This document shows positions 8,832 through 17,885 of a stretch of DNA of 64,000 nucleotides, piece by piece. How positions within the stretch are numbered: the stretch's first letter is position 1; the number at the start of each line of letters is the position of its first letter. The DNA comes from a virus (lineage: Duplodnaviria; Heunggongvirae; Uroviricota; Caudoviricetes). The stretch is taken from the IMG/VR virus record IMGVR_UViG_3300017613_001587; one strand, written 5' to 3'. Position numbers and translations under genes: made by a program. The notes beneath the pieces were generated by a model. That model ran no database searches, was not told the DNA's origin, and saw only the letters and a program-made list of their open reading frames with translations.

Positions 8832-8948
8832 ATGAAACAATCAACAAAGGATAAGCTTGAGGATATACTAGCATTTATCATAGCATTTGCTATATTTGGC
8901 GGCATGGTGTTAGTGTGTGCTTTTGGTGGTATAATCATGACACATTAG
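8832..8948 (+). CDS. small membrane protein (38 aa)
   Basis: AAAGGTGCACC-ATG; hydrophobic. Confidence 0.3.
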   Translation: MKQSTKDKLEDILAFIIAFAIFGGMVLVCAFGGIIMTH

Positions 8949-8956
8949 GGGGGTGT

Positions 8957-9208
8957 ATGGACATAGAGAAAGAGGTCATCAAACAGATAGCAGCAGGCAT
9001 ACAGAAGGCTAGAGAAGCTGGCGTTGTATGTGGTGATGCTATGGACATCAGAATACGTACTGATTCCACGCCAGTTGTTAATGGTAGGACAGGCAGGTCA
9101 AAACGACTGTACCTTTTTATTACCAAGGAACCTTACCCCACCAAGGCGTACAGGTGGATCAGACAACGGGACAGGGAGTTCCTCAAGTTCCATAAGTGCT
9201 ATCATTAG
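8957..9208 (+). CDS. hypothetical protein
   Basis: Internal ATG of the ORF at 8915. Confidence 0.4.
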   Translation: MDIEKEVIKQIAAGIQKAREAGVVCGDAMDIRIRTDSTPVVNGRTGRSKRLYLFITKEPYPTKAYRWIRQRDREFLKFHKCYH

Positions 9209-9219
9209 GAGGTGTTATC

Positions 9220-9438
9220 ATGAGTGAAGTATGTCAGTGTAAGGATACGGATCATACCGTGTCTATTTGTGTAGGACAGTGTAAGGAGTCTATTGCACAG
9301 GCCGCTAGATGGTTCATTATGTTAAGAGATCATTGTGAACACCATAAAGACGAGCTGTGTCAGATACCGGTATCGAAGGATGTACCTGCTGGTATACTGG
9401 TCTGTAAGATACACAACTGTCCCTTACTGGAGGTATAA
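9220..9438 (+). CDS. hypothetical Cys/His-rich protein
   Basis: TAGGAGGTGTTATC-ATG. Confidence 0.45.
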   Translation: MSEVCQCKDTDHTVSICVGQCKESIAQAARWFIMLRDHCEHHKDELCQIPVSKDVPAGILVCKIHNCPLLEV

Positions 9439-9439
9439 T

Positions 9440-9691
9440 ATGGCAGCAAGTAGACGGACTATCAGAGAATGGCTTGAGAAGGGTAAGAAGATGGGCGCTA
9501 CGCATGTTGTTATAGCGTTAGATACCTATGATTATGACAATTATCCTGTATATGTCATGCCCGGCGGAAAGGGCGCAGAATTCGAGGCCAAGAGAATACA
9601 GGCAGGCAACATGCAATCAGTGGATGAAGTGTATGACCTGTCAATGGATATAGACGAACAGATGTCGCTACCACGCGTCTGGAATACATAA
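9440..9691 (+). CDS. hypothetical protein
   Basis: GGAGGTATAAT-ATG. Confidence 0.45.
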   Translation: MAASRRTIREWLEKGKKMGATHVVIALDTYDYDNYPVYVMPGGKGAEFEAKRIQAGNMQSVDEVYDLSMDIDEQMSLPRVWNT

Positions 9692-9718
9692 TATTACAAC
9701 ACGTTAGGAGGTGTTAGT

Positions 9719-9940
9719 ATGGGGCAACGTTTAGAATTCTTTTGTGATGAGTGTGGTGAAACAGTTGATGAGGAGAACAAGCTCAACGATGCCTGGCGTA
9801 CAACAGTACTCGGGACTCAGATCAAACTCACACCACAACCAACGGTAAAGGGTGGCAAGATGTGCTATACCTGCCTGAGGAAGAAGGCTATTGAAGCTGC
9901 CAAAGGCCTAATCAGTTGGTTCGAACAGAACGAGATCTAG
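9719..9940 (+). CDS. zinc-ribbon protein
   Basis: TAGGAGGTGTTAGT-ATG; CDEC..C..C pairs. Confidence 0.45.
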   Translation: MGQRLEFFCDECGETVDEENKLNDAWRTTVLGTQIKLTPQPTVKGGKMCYTCLRKKAIEAAKGLISWFEQNEI

Positions 9941-9950
9941 GAGGTATAAC

Positions 9951-10256
9951 ATGGTAGAATCTCTGTCAATGGCGCCGGTTCCTAAACCAGCGTTTTCAAA
10001 ATGTCCTAACTGTCTGAATATTACATTTGATGACAGGAGAAAGTCCTGTATCTCATGTGAATACGACCAGGCACAAGACCCTAACTACGGTAGTAATGAT
10101 AACAGGGATGTGATAGAACTGATACCGAGTGGATTCGAGTGGTTATGTCCTCAGTGTGGAGGAATAGAGCAATGTGCTCACATTCCCAGTACCCCGGATC
10201 TTACCTGTCAGTCCTGCGGTGCTAACTACAAGAACGGCGGGGCAGTAGGTTTCTAA
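9951..10256 (+). CDS. zinc-ribbon protein, tandem paralog A
   Basis: Shares the PDLTCQSCGANYKNGG block with the next gene. Confidence 0.45.
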   Translation: MVESLSMAPVPKPAFSKCPNCLNITFDDRRKSCISCEYDQAQDPNYGSNDNRDVIELIPSGFEWLCPQCGGIEQCAHIPSTPDLTCQSCGANYKNGGAVGF

Positions 10257-10277
10257 ACAAGAGAATGGAGGTGTATT

Positions 10278-10640
10278 TTGGATAACAGACCAGTCATAAA
10301 GATAGAGGAAAAGGATAGTGATTTCTATTGGTTCTGCCCGGAGTGTAAAGCCAGGAACGAGGAAGTAATTGTTCCAGGCACACCTGATCTCACCTGTCAG
10401 GCATGCGGTGCCAACTACAAAAACGGTGGTAGCGCCATAGATATAGATCTCGACTTGGAGTTCAACAGGATCAAGCTGTCCAGGCGAGAGAACAGAGACA
10501 GATGGGAAGTCCTCAGAGATGAGTGTCCTCTCAGAAGATTGGCACCTGCCAAAGCGGCTTCCATCACAATCAGGTGCGCAGTGGATGGCGGAGAGATACC
10601 GACCCACTACTGTATTTACAACGTTTGCCCAAAGGTTTAG
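10278..10640 (+). CDS. zinc-ribbon protein, tandem paralog B (TTG start)
   Basis: GGAGGTG then TTG; contains PDLTCQACGANYKNGG. Confidence 0.45.
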   Translation: MDNRPVIKIEEKDSDFYWFCPECKARNEEVIVPGTPDLTCQACGANYKNGGSAIDIDLDLEFNRIKLSRRENRDRWEVLRDECPLRRLAPAKAASITIRCAVDGGEIPTHYCIYNVCPKV

Positions 10641-10650
10641 GAGGTGTATA

Positions 10651-10827
10651 ATGAGTCCTACTCATGATGAGGTGCCGTTAATGCAGTGCAACACGTGTGG
10701 CAGTGAGGTACCACCTGATCAGATCAAGGAGAGAGATCCTCTGTACGAGGTTAAGATACTCCTTATTGGTATTGTTATCGGTGGGTTCGCACGTATGCTG
10801 TTCACGTGGTTTCAAGTCAGTATGTAG
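10651..10827 (+). CDS. small membrane/zinc-ribbon protein
   Basis: TAGGAGGTGTATA-ATG. Confidence 0.4.
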   Translation: MSPTHDEVPLMQCNTCGSEVPPDQIKERDPLYEVKILLIGIVIGGFARMLFTWFQVSM

Positions 10828-10838
10828 GGAGGTATACC

Positions 10839-10961
10839 ATGAAGATACAGTCATGGGAGGATATCATGCGCGAGGCTAAGGCCAAGGAAACCAAGCGCAA
10901 GAAGCTACTGGCCAAGCGCGGGCGTGATCAATTCAAACGTAAGAACAGGAGGTTATCGTGA
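10839..10961 (+). CDS. small basic protein (40 aa)
   Basis: GGGAGGTATACC-ATG. Confidence 0.3.
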   Translation: MKIQSWEDIMREAKAKETKRKKLLAKRGRDQFKRKNRRLS

Positions 10962-11077
10962 GAAAAGGCCAGATGTTCGTGGCACAGGAAAAGGTCAGGC
11001 GAAAGATGCTCACCATGCTAATGATAGGCATTGCCATTGGTGGCGTATTTGTCCTGATATTACAATCATATAAATAG
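10958..11077 (+). CDS. small membrane protein (39 aa, GTG start)
   Basis: AGGAGGTTATC-GTG overlapping the previous stop. Confidence 0.3.
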   Translation: MRKGQMFVAQEKVRRKMLTMLMIGIAIGGVFVLILQSYK

Positions 11078-11087
11078 GAGGTGTATT

Positions 11088-11363
11088 ATGGTAGTTTTAG
11101 TGGCATTATTCTATATCTATTGTATCATTGGTACGTTGATCGGATTCATTCAGATGTGGGCAGGCAACTGGCCCAAGTACACGGTACATGAGGACACCGT
11201 CGGTGGCCTGGCCTCATTCAAGACTGTAGACCTGGAGTATTCCCTGTATTTCTTCCTGTTATGCGGACCCCTGTTCTGGGTATGCTACGGGTTTTACAAG
11301 TTCTTTAGCTGGGTCAGCAGCTTGGTAGAAGAGGATAAAGACGATGACAAGGGACCCAAATAA
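11088..11363 (+). CDS. membrane protein
   Basis: TAGGAGGTGTATT-ATG; two transmembrane helices. Confidence 0.45.
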   Translation: MVVLVALFYIYCIIGTLIGFIQMWAGNWPKYTVHEDTVGGLASFKTVDLEYSLYFFLLCGPLFWVCYGFYKFFSWVSSLVEEDKDDDKGPK

Positions 11364-11547
11364 AGCGTTTAAGCATCGTAAACATCCATACGCCTCGCCC
11401 CGTCCCTATCAGAAAGCCCTGGTAATACGGTGTGATAGAGAGGGGTGTGGCTTCAAGATGAAGATCTCACGCAGCAGATGGCTTGATAAAGACTACGCTA
11501 TTAAATGTCCCCGCTGCATGCGTACAGACTTCTGGACTCCACTGTAA
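11344..11547 (+). CDS. zinc-ribbon protein with an N-terminal DPNKAFKHRK motif
   Basis: Overlaps the end of the upstream gene; CDREGC..CPRC. Confidence 0.45.
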   Translation: MTRDPNKAFKHRKHPYASPRPYQKALVIRCDREGCGFKMKISRSRWLDKDYAIKCPRCMRTDFWTPL

Positions 11548-11559
11548 GGAGGTGTAATC

Positions 11560-11796
11560 ATGGCAGATGCCATTGATATCATGAAAGAGGTGGCACGGAC
11601 TGTCATCCGCGAAGAACTGAGGCTTCAGGTTAAGCGAGAGGATAGCTCGGACACCGATAAGTTCTCCATAACGATGATGTTATGGGGTGAACCAATAGGT
11701 GAATCTGTGCTTATCGAGTTGTCATCCATGTGGGAACAGGACGACCTGCTGTATGACCTGGAACTTGTCCAAAAGATCATGGTCGTTGACAAGTGA
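11560..11796 (+). CDS. hypothetical protein
   Basis: AAGGAGGTGTAATC-ATG. Confidence 0.45.
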   Translation: MADAIDIMKEVARTVIREELRLQVKREDSSDTDKFSITMMLWGEPIGESVLIELSSMWEQDDLLYDLELVQKIMVVDK

Positions 11797-11804
11797 TTCG
11801 GAGT

Positions 11805-11990
11805 GTGATTCAGGTGTAATGGGCAGTGTAATCCTATTACACCTTATTACACTACTGTATTGTTTTATTACACGAGAAACTACCGAAAAAACCGCTAAAA
11901 AACGGAGAAAAAACGCTAAACTATAAATACGTGTAATAATTGGGCATATTTAGGGTACAAATTACACCCTAAGTACCTGGAATTACGCGT
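11805..11990. promoter_or_regulatory. intergenic region with at least 7 copies of the heptamer ATTACAC/GTGTAAT in both orientations
   Basis: The repeats are read directly in a roughly 200-bp noncoding gap. Confidence 0.4.
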
Positions 11991-12003
11991 AAAGGAGGTT
12001 CTA

Positions 12004-12264
12004 ATGCCTGTTTATGTTGCAAAAGACTACGACGGGTACCCCATAGACGTGGTGTTAACACAGTCAGAACAGTTAGCACATGCCTACTGGCATGGTAAGG
12101 GAGTAGTAGCTCACAGTGTGTCCATATTGTCAGACAATGACCTGGCCGACCACCCGACTGGTGTTCTGCCTATACTCTCGACCAGAGAAACAGAGATCAC
12201 ACCGTTTGGTTTAACCAGGCCGCGCAAGGTGATCATGGTGAGGAAGAGTCATGGACCTGTGTGA
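12004..12264 (+). CDS. hypothetical protein
   Basis: AAAGGAGGTTCTA-ATG. Confidence 0.45.
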   Translation: MPVYVAKDYDGYPIDVVLTQSEQLAHAYWHGKGVVAHSVSILSDNDLADHPTGVLPILSTRETEITPFGLTRPRKVIMVRKSHGPV

Positions 12265-12344
12265 TGTAATGCTGCTGGGCTGCGGCATTGATAATGACCT
12301 GTTGGAAGATATACTTGATACTATGTTATTCATAGGAGACAAAC

Positions 12345-12950
12345 ATGATACACATACTGAACAAGTTCCAACCGAATCCGTACCAGGGCATGGAAGTGGA
12401 CACAACGTCCAGGGGGAATAACAAGGACCTTAGCCCATTCTACTTAGGTCCGCTTCAAGCATGGGACGGACGTATCGTCCAAAATGTAGAGAATTACTGG
12501 CAGTACTCCAAGGTGTATAAGGAGCATGTCATCCCACCACAAAGTCCTCTCAAGGCTAATGATCCGATGTTCTGGGAACCACACCCACACTACTTTGCAT
12601 GGCGTAATGCTGGCTGGTCCAAGAAGAGAGCTGATCGATACCCCATGGGTAAAGGAGCCAAGCCTCTGTACTCGTATTACAATGAATACCACCTCGATTA
12701 CATAACAGCCCGCAAGCAGATCTACATCCCTGCCTATGCCACATGTGTCATCAAGACACAAAGCTACCGTATGCTGTACGATGCTGTAATGGCAGGTCAG
12801 GACATTGTCCTTCGTGATTTCGATGGGTATGATTATGCCACCATGGGTATGACGCTCACTGAAGTTGTGAATAATCCTAAGAAGACCATGGGCCATGCGT
12901 TTGTACTGGCCATGCTGTTAACCGGTACCATAAACGAGTGTCTGAAATAG
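12345..12950 (+). CDS. hypothetical protein; weak resemblance to NADAR/YbiA-like (DUF1768)
   Basis: SPFYLGPL..WDGR..VENYWQYSKV pattern; low confidence. Confidence 0.4.
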   Translation: MIHILNKFQPNPYQGMEVDTTSRGNNKDLSPFYLGPLQAWDGRIVQNVENYWQYSKVYKEHVIPPQSPLKANDPMFWEPHPHYFAWRNAGWSKKRADRYPMGKGAKPLYSYYNEYHLDYITARKQIYIPAYATCVIKTQSYRMLYDAVMAGQDIVLRDFDGYDYATMGMTLTEVVNNPKKTMGHAFVLAMLLTGTINECLK

Positions 12951-12960
12951 GAGGTGTTAC

Positions 12961-13170
12961 ATGGCAAATGTAGTACAGCTGGGGCAGACAGAGTCAGTCC
13001 GGGCTCTGCATCGTTTCATTCTATTACAGAATAAGGGATTAGCCCCAAAGCAGATACGTGAGAAAATAGGTAATGCACAATACAACCTTGCCGAGGGTGA
13101 AATGATCTCACGTGCAGGTGATCCTAAACGGTTTGATCCTGCAACTGGCAACTTCGTTATCTGGCCATAA
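12961..13170 (+). CDS. hypothetical protein, possible HTH
   Basis: TAGGAGGTGTTAC-ATG. Confidence 0.4.
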   Translation: MANVVQLGQTESVRALHRFILLQNKGLAPKQIREKIGNAQYNLAEGEMISRAGDPKRFDPATGNFVIWP

Positions 13171-13181
13171 GGAGGCGCTTT

Positions 13182-13358
13182 ATGGATAACTTTGACACGA
13201 TGCTGTACGTACTGATAGCTATATCCTCACTGTTCTCATTTATGTTGTATACAGGACAGTTTGCACTGATCAAGAGGACATTAGCCTTCAGTTTCGTAGG
13301 AACTGTCTTAATCACACCTGTGTGGCTGTTGGAAGTAGCGCAGGTGATAACACTGTGA
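13182..13358 (+). CDS. small membrane protein (58 aa)
   Basis: TAAGGAGGCGCTTT-ATG. Confidence 0.35.
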   Translation: MDNFDTMLYVLIAISSLFSFMLYTGQFALIKRTLAFSFVGTVLITPVWLLEVAQVITL

Positions 13359-13594
13359 GAGGTGTAGTAATGGTATTATTATACATATATATTATCTTAG
13401 GTTTTATGTGGACATTATTCTTTACCGGTGTCTTTGTGATCAAAGCAGTCAAGTGGCATGCCGACCCAGAGAACTCTGGCTGGGACTGGCTTAGTGTCGG
13501 TGCTTTGGTGGGTTTGTTCTTAATATCTGGGATACTCTGGCCGTGGAGTACCTACTATAACTTACCATATATGATAAGGGAGATGACGTCATGA
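13322..13594 (+). CDS. membrane protein
   Basis: ORF track; two transmembrane helices. Confidence 0.4.
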   Translation: MAVGSSAGDNTVRGVVMVLLYIYIILGFMWTLFFTGVFVIKAVKWHADPENSGWDWLSVGALVGLFLISGILWPWSTYYNLPYMIREMTS

Positions 13595-13872
13595 GCAATC
13601 GTGAATACACCAAGGTTGTTGATGAGAGTGACTTCGAGGGCGCAACACCAGTGTTCTCGTGTAATGACTGTGGTGCACATGGAGAAGACCCACGTGAAAT
13701 AGAGCACCATCCAACCTGTACTCCTGGCGATAGTAAGAAGTGGGAGGATTTCTATGAAGCTGCTAACGCCGAGGAAGAAGCCTACGACAATGAGGCACGA
13801 CGTCATTGTGAACAGTGCGTTGACATACAGCAGATAGGACCTGACGCCTGTTGTGGGTGCTGTGGGAGGTAG
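13591..13872 (+). CDS. hypothetical Cys-rich protein
   Basis: ATGA overlap with the upstream stop. Confidence 0.45.
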   Translation: MSNREYTKVVDESDFEGATPVFSCNDCGAHGEDPREIEHHPTCTPGDSKKWEDFYEAANAEEEAYDNEARRHCEQCVDIQQIGPDACCGCCGR

Positions 13873-14063
13873 CCATGCGAGACTTATGGTTATTTGTAAT
13901 AGTAACGCTGTTAGGTGCAGTGTTGCTTTTTATGGGCATTATCACTCCGCCTGAGAGGATGTTCTACAGACCTGATCCAATGCAGTATGAGGTTGTAAGG
14001 ACTTGGGGTGTCAAGTCCAATGGACATGTAGGTTGGATCACAACCATTAGACCAAGGAGGTAA
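13851..14063 (+). CDS. membrane protein
   Basis: ORF track; transmembrane helix. Confidence 0.4.
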   Translation: MWVLWEVAMRDLWLFVIVTLLGAVLLFMGIITPPERMFYRPDPMQYEVVRTWGVKSNGHVGWITTIRPRR

Positions 14064-14067
14064 CACC

Positions 14068-14481
14068 ATGTTAGATATGAAACATAAGAACATCGGAGCA
14101 ACAGTTAGTATGCTTAATATGATTCATGAACTCACTCCCGGCGACGAACTGCCGATAGAGATCACCAAACTGTTCATGGCAGAGTCAGACGACTGTGATC
14201 ACAAGCACGAGACTGGTCAGTGTACATTCCATGCCGAAGAGGACCTGACCAAGGGTGATTCCTTCACCACATTCAAGTGCTGTATTGGTGAGTGCCCGCT
14301 AGGTCCGTTGGTGGACGGGGAGTTTAAAGCTACTGCTAACAGCATAGATCTGAGCGATACATTCATCGGCCCGTGCTCAGGCTGTGGTGGGAGCGTCACT
14401 CAGAGCAACTGTGCGCATGTGGATGATCATCACCAAGTGTGCCAGTCCTGCTTCGATGAGAAGGAGAAAATGAAGTCATGA
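14068..14481 (+). CDS. hypothetical Cys-rich protein
   Basis: GGAGGTAACACC-ATG. Confidence 0.45.
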   Translation: MLDMKHKNIGATVSMLNMIHELTPGDELPIEITKLFMAESDDCDHKHETGQCTFHAEEDLTKGDSFTTFKCCIGECPLGPLVDGEFKATANSIDLSDTFIGPCSGCGGSVTQSNCAHVDDHHQVCQSCFDEKEKMKS

Positions 14482-14762
14482 TGAGCTTACCCCAATGGGA
14501 CATACACGCAGACATTCGTAAGCGTAGACACGAAATAGAGGAGTATCAGATAGCTGAGGCGTGGGTGTATGGATCACTTGAACCCAGTACGGATAAGAGA
14601 AATCCAGGATGCTGGCGTCTCATTGGTAGTGAAGTGACTCTGGTACTGAGCCCCAAGAAGGACTTCATCATAACGATGTATCCTAATAAACATAGAGATA
14701 GACTAACTGCCGAGCGGATAGCTAATGCTGTATCAATTGGAGCTACCCGCTGGGAGGATTAA
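14478..14762 (+). CDS. hypothetical protein
   Basis: ATGA overlap with the upstream stop. Confidence 0.45.
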   Translation: MMSLPQWDIHADIRKRRHEIEEYQIAEAWVYGSLEPSTDKRNPGCWRLIGSEVTLVLSPKKDFIITMYPNKHRDRLTAERIANAVSIGATRWED

Positions 14763-14775
14763 GGAGGTATACACC

Positions 14776-15108
14776 ATGCGTAAAGTTATTAATGAACCAG
14801 GTTTTTGGATGATGGTATTCACCTTACTCATGCTGGCCATGTTCCTATTTGCACCCAGCAATGGTGACTGTGCCTCACCAGTCAAGGGACCGGCGGTGAG
14901 ATACATGGTGGAGGTAGAAAAGTATCATGACTCTGGGTGGCAGGTTGGTGGAGATATGAGTGATGTTAAATGGAAGATGAGATACCACCATTACGTACAG
15001 ACTCCCGGTAAGTTGCCTGTACTGGTGCTTACCACGGATGAACCACCTAACCTGGCAACACTTATCCAATCATTGCACATCTTCCACCAAGGAGGAACTG
15101 CCAAATGA
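14776..15108 (+). CDS. membrane protein
   Basis: AAGGAGGTATACACC-ATG. Confidence 0.45.
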   Translation: MRKVINEPGFWMMVFTLLMLAMFLFAPSNGDCASPVKGPAVRYMVEVEKYHDSGWQVGGDMSDVKWKMRYHHYVQTPGKLPVLVLTTDEPPNLATLIQSLHIFHQGGTAK

Positions 15109-15296
15109 GTGCTGATATAATTGATCTTGCTATCAAGCGGGACAACAAACCACTAACAGATCTTACTGATCCGTGCAGTATCTGTGATGATAAGCCCGGT
15201 TGCACCACCACATGCAAGCGCGCCAATGCTTGGTGGGATCAGTTTACTGTAGCATTCAAACGTCGAGCCGTAATCAACAAACTAGGAGGTAAATAG
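15105..15296 (+). CDS. hypothetical protein
   Basis: ATGA overlap with the upstream stop. Confidence 0.4.
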   Translation: MSADIIDLAIKRDNKPLTDLTDPCSICDDKPGCTTTCKRANAWWDQFTVAFKRRAVINKLGGK

Positions 15297-15298
15297 TC

Positions 15299-15505
15299 AT
15301 GGGTAATCATCTATCTGATAGTGATAGGCAAGGGCTGAAGATAGGGGGGAAGCGTAAGACTGAGTTGTACCAACCACCACGAAAGATACGCTTCGGTGCC
15401 CTGAAGCCGGTCGAGACACGTAAGAAAGACAGACGTGTGGCCATCAACTCCTATGTAGACCCAGCGATGGAGAGGAGAAGCGGACATGACAGACGACGTG
15501 GGTAA
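15299..15505 (+). CDS. hypothetical basic protein
   Basis: AGGAGGTAAATAGTC-ATG. Confidence 0.4.
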   Translation: MGNHLSDSDRQGLKIGGKRKTELYQPPRKIRFGALKPVETRKKDRRVAINSYVDPAMERRSGHDRRRG

Positions 15506-15800
15506 TGATGAATTGAATGCAGGCTGGCACCGCTACCCTGAGTACTGGCCTGCTTTGGAACTGGCACTCAATGCTGGTGTTGGTAAACTAGAGATCCATG
15601 ACGCCATCTATAGTGAGGAATACGATAAATGGTTTGTGGAACTGACTGATACCGGCGGAGATTTCGCAGGCGGATATTACTATGACTGCGGCTTTCAACT
15701 TGAAGGTGGACTTATACGTAGCTGCTTCAAAGCTATAAAGGAGGGAATTACACAATGGATACCGACGGAAACTGCAACACCGGATCTCCCGACAAACTGA
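15486..15800 (+). CDS. hypothetical protein
   Basis: ORF track. Confidence 0.45.
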   Translation: MTDDVGNDELNAGWHRYPEYWPALELALNAGVGKLEIHDAIYSEEYDKWFVELTDTGGDFAGGYYYDCGFQLEGGLIRSCFKAIKEGITQWIPTETATPDLPTN

Positions 15801-16036
15801 TTAGTGTAGGAAGTGATGCCAAGACGTTGAAAGAAGTCACTTCTGGTCTTTACGGTGCTCAGAACCGTATAGTTAACTGGGTGAAGGCAGATGTGAGGAA
15901 AGGATTGCTTGGCGCCGAAGAACATGCCACGCTCGAGGCCATCTGCAAGAGTCTGCTGGATGGCATCGCCTATCTGGAGCATGTGGATAGAACCATAACC
16001 ACGTTTCATAAAGAATTCTGGAATGAACTAAAGTAG
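15755..16036 (+). CDS. hypothetical protein
   Basis: AAGGAGGGAATTACACA-ATG. Confidence 0.4.
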   Translation: MDTDGNCNTGSPDKLISVGSDAKTLKEVTSGLYGAQNRIVNWVKADVRKGLLGAEEHATLEAICKSLLDGIAYLEHVDRTITTFHKEFWNELK

Positions 16037-16060
16037 ACTCTATTCATAGGAGGTATCGCT

Positions 16061-16288
16061 ATGTTTAGACGAACCAGGGAATGTTGTAGCTTCATATGCA
16101 GTGACCCATGGGGTTGCTTAGAGCTAGTTAAACTAGTCAGTGGTGTTCTGGTCTGTTTTCTGCTCGGGGCTGTGTACTATAGCCTACTGGCATTATTTGA
16201 GAAGGCCACTGGAAAGGATTATTTACTACGTGGAACCGAACAAAGCGTTCAGGATAAAGCGCCGGAAGATCGGCAGGAAGAAGTGTAG
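16061..16288 (+). CDS. small membrane protein whose 3' part overlaps 16140-16529 in another frame
   Basis: ATAGGAGGTATCGCT-ATG; transmembrane helix. Confidence 0.4.
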   Translation: MFRRTRECCSFICSDPWGCLELVKLVSGVLVCFLLGAVYYSLLALFEKATGKDYLLRGTEQSVQDKAPEDRQEEV

Positions 16289-16529
16289 AGTATGTGGCCG
16301 TACCTGGGAACAGTCTGTATCCACATGTCTGTGTGGTAATGAGACAGCATGGATTAGCCAGGATAAAGTTAAGCTAGGATCTTCTCATATTTGGGAATGT
16401 AAGACGTGTGGTAGTAAGAAGGTCCTTCTTGGCACCACACTTGATGGCCATCAATGGCTACAAAACCATCCAGACTGTCCCAACTGCGGCCATGGCCGAA
16501 GCGCTAAAGATTACGATTGCATATCATAA
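16140..16529 (+). CDS. zinc-ribbon protein with an EPNKAFRIKRRK motif; the true start is probably internal
   Basis: The motif and four CxxC pairs are in this frame. Confidence 0.4.
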   Translation: MVFWSVFCSGLCTIAYWHYLRRPLERIIYYVEPNKAFRIKRRKIGRKKCRVCGRTWEQSVSTCLCGNETAWISQDKVKLGSSHIWECKTCGSKKVLLGTTLDGHQWLQNHPDCPNCGHGRSAKDYDCIS

Positions 16530-16538
16530 GGAGGTGCT

Positions 16539-17006
16539 ATGTTTTCAGTTGATCAGTATGTTTACCAACCAGGGGCAAAGCTGTTGCCACTGAACCGTTT
16601 TGTATTTCTGTATGAACAGCTCTACCAACGTGGGGTTGACTTGTTCAATGAGTTCAACCCCTGTGATGTGAAAGACGGTAAATGCATGGGCCTTAGCCAT
16701 GACTTCTGCTGTTCAGGCTGTGAACATTTATCAAAAGATGGCTGCACCACCAGCTCTCTATGGTGTAAACTATGGGTCTGTGGCGATATCGCCTCTAAGT
16801 TCGGACGCCCCCATAAAGACAAACCGCATGAGTTTTGGACCAGATTGCAGGTACTTAAGTCTGAATTCAGGACACTGAGCCGCGGACGGGCAGGCAGGTA
16901 CAACATGGAAGAGACAATCAAAAGTATCTATGGTCATAAGGAGTACGATGAATGGAAGACTACAGAAGTCTCATCGCCCGGCAAATCCTCGCAGTACGCA
17001 AGCTGA
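16539..17006 (+). CDS. hypothetical Cys-rich protein
   Basis: TAAGGAGGTGCT-ATG. Confidence 0.45.
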   Translation: MFSVDQYVYQPGAKLLPLNRFVFLYEQLYQRGVDLFNEFNPCDVKDGKCMGLSHDFCCSGCEHLSKDGCTTSSLWCKLWVCGDIASKFGRPHKDKPHEFWTRLQVLKSEFRTLSRGRAGRYNMEETIKSIYGHKEYDEWKTTEVSSPGKSSQYAS

Positions 17007-17137
17007 TATTAGAAGCGAGGTACTATAAGTATGATAGAGCTGACTGGGAGGAAGACTATTCGGAAGGGAGATTATATCTCGCCGAGGTAAACCTGAAGAA
17101 CGCTCAAGACATGCTTAAATACTTACAGGAGTAGCCT

Positions 17138-17356
17138 ATGGCAGATCAAAGGGATCAGATAGTTAAGACTAAAGCAGCTCATGCAGCCTTGATGGTGAAG
17201 GTTGGAGAGCTACAGACTCGGTTTGTTAAACTTGGTTGTCGATATCGAAATCAGTTCAACACACTCTGCGAACACCCACGGCATATGATGAAGAAGTACC
17301 CACAACATCAGCCGTCGCCACCACAATGTTCGACGGAGAACTGTCCGAGGAACTAA
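17138..17356 (+). CDS. hypothetical protein
   Basis: CAGGAGTAGCCT-ATG. Confidence 0.4.
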   Translation: MADQRDQIVKTKAAHAALMVKVGELQTRFVKLGCRYRNQFNTLCEHPRHMMKKYPQHQPSPPQCSTENCPRN

Positions 17357-17384
17357 TCATTCTAACCACCGTAGGAGGTGTAGT

Positions 17385-17825
17385 ATGTACAATTATAAGA
17401 AAAGAGTTAGACGTACCATTCTGCTGTACATTTTCATCCTGTTCTGTGCGGGATTAACCTTTCTCAGCCTGGCCTTAACTGCTGAGGCAGGTAGTTATAA
17501 ACCGCCCAGTAAGGAGTACCAGGCCGCTATGGTCCTGTGGTATACAGATGAGGGTTTGCCTCAAAACGCATTCATTGTGGATGCTGCCTATGTCCATATT
17601 CTTGGCGAGCGCAATATAGTAATTGATCGGAACCCTGACGGTGCGGGGGTAGATCAGATCCTTTTAGGTGGTATGGTTGATATCCAGTACTTTGGATATA
17701 AGCAAGTATTCTCGAATGTTGGCGGCAAGTGGGTGGTCAAGGAGAAGTTTAATAAATTCGCCTTGGAGTTCAAACGTGTAGCAGGTGATCATCTTAAGTT
17801 TCGTAAAGATGATCGTACGCAGTAA
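17385..17825 (+). CDS. membrane-anchored/secreted hypothetical protein
   Basis: GTAGGAGGTGTAGT-ATG; N-terminal transmembrane/signal segment. Confidence 0.45.
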   Translation: MYNYKKRVRRTILLYIFILFCAGLTFLSLALTAEAGSYKPPSKEYQAAMVLWYTDEGLPQNAFIVDAAYVHILGERNIVIDRNPDGAGVDQILLGGMVDIQYFGYKQVFSNVGGKWVVKEKFNKFALEFKRVAGDHLKFRKDDRTQ

Positions 17826-17833
17826 TGTATGCT

Positions 17834-17860
17834 ATGGGGCGGGGCGTGTCCCTGCCCCAT
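17834..17860 (+). terminator. GC hairpin (ATGGGGC..GCCCCAT)
   Basis: Inverted repeat after a stop; no strong T-tract. Confidence 0.3.
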
Positions 17861-17885
17861 AACTTTCGATAATTAAAGGAGATTC

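Noticed and set aside
17236-17457. ORFs 17236-17457 and 16952-17134 as separate genes
   Set aside because: They overlap better-supported genes (17138-17356 and 17385-17825; 16539-17006) and lack ribosome-binding sites. They are probably frame artefacts.
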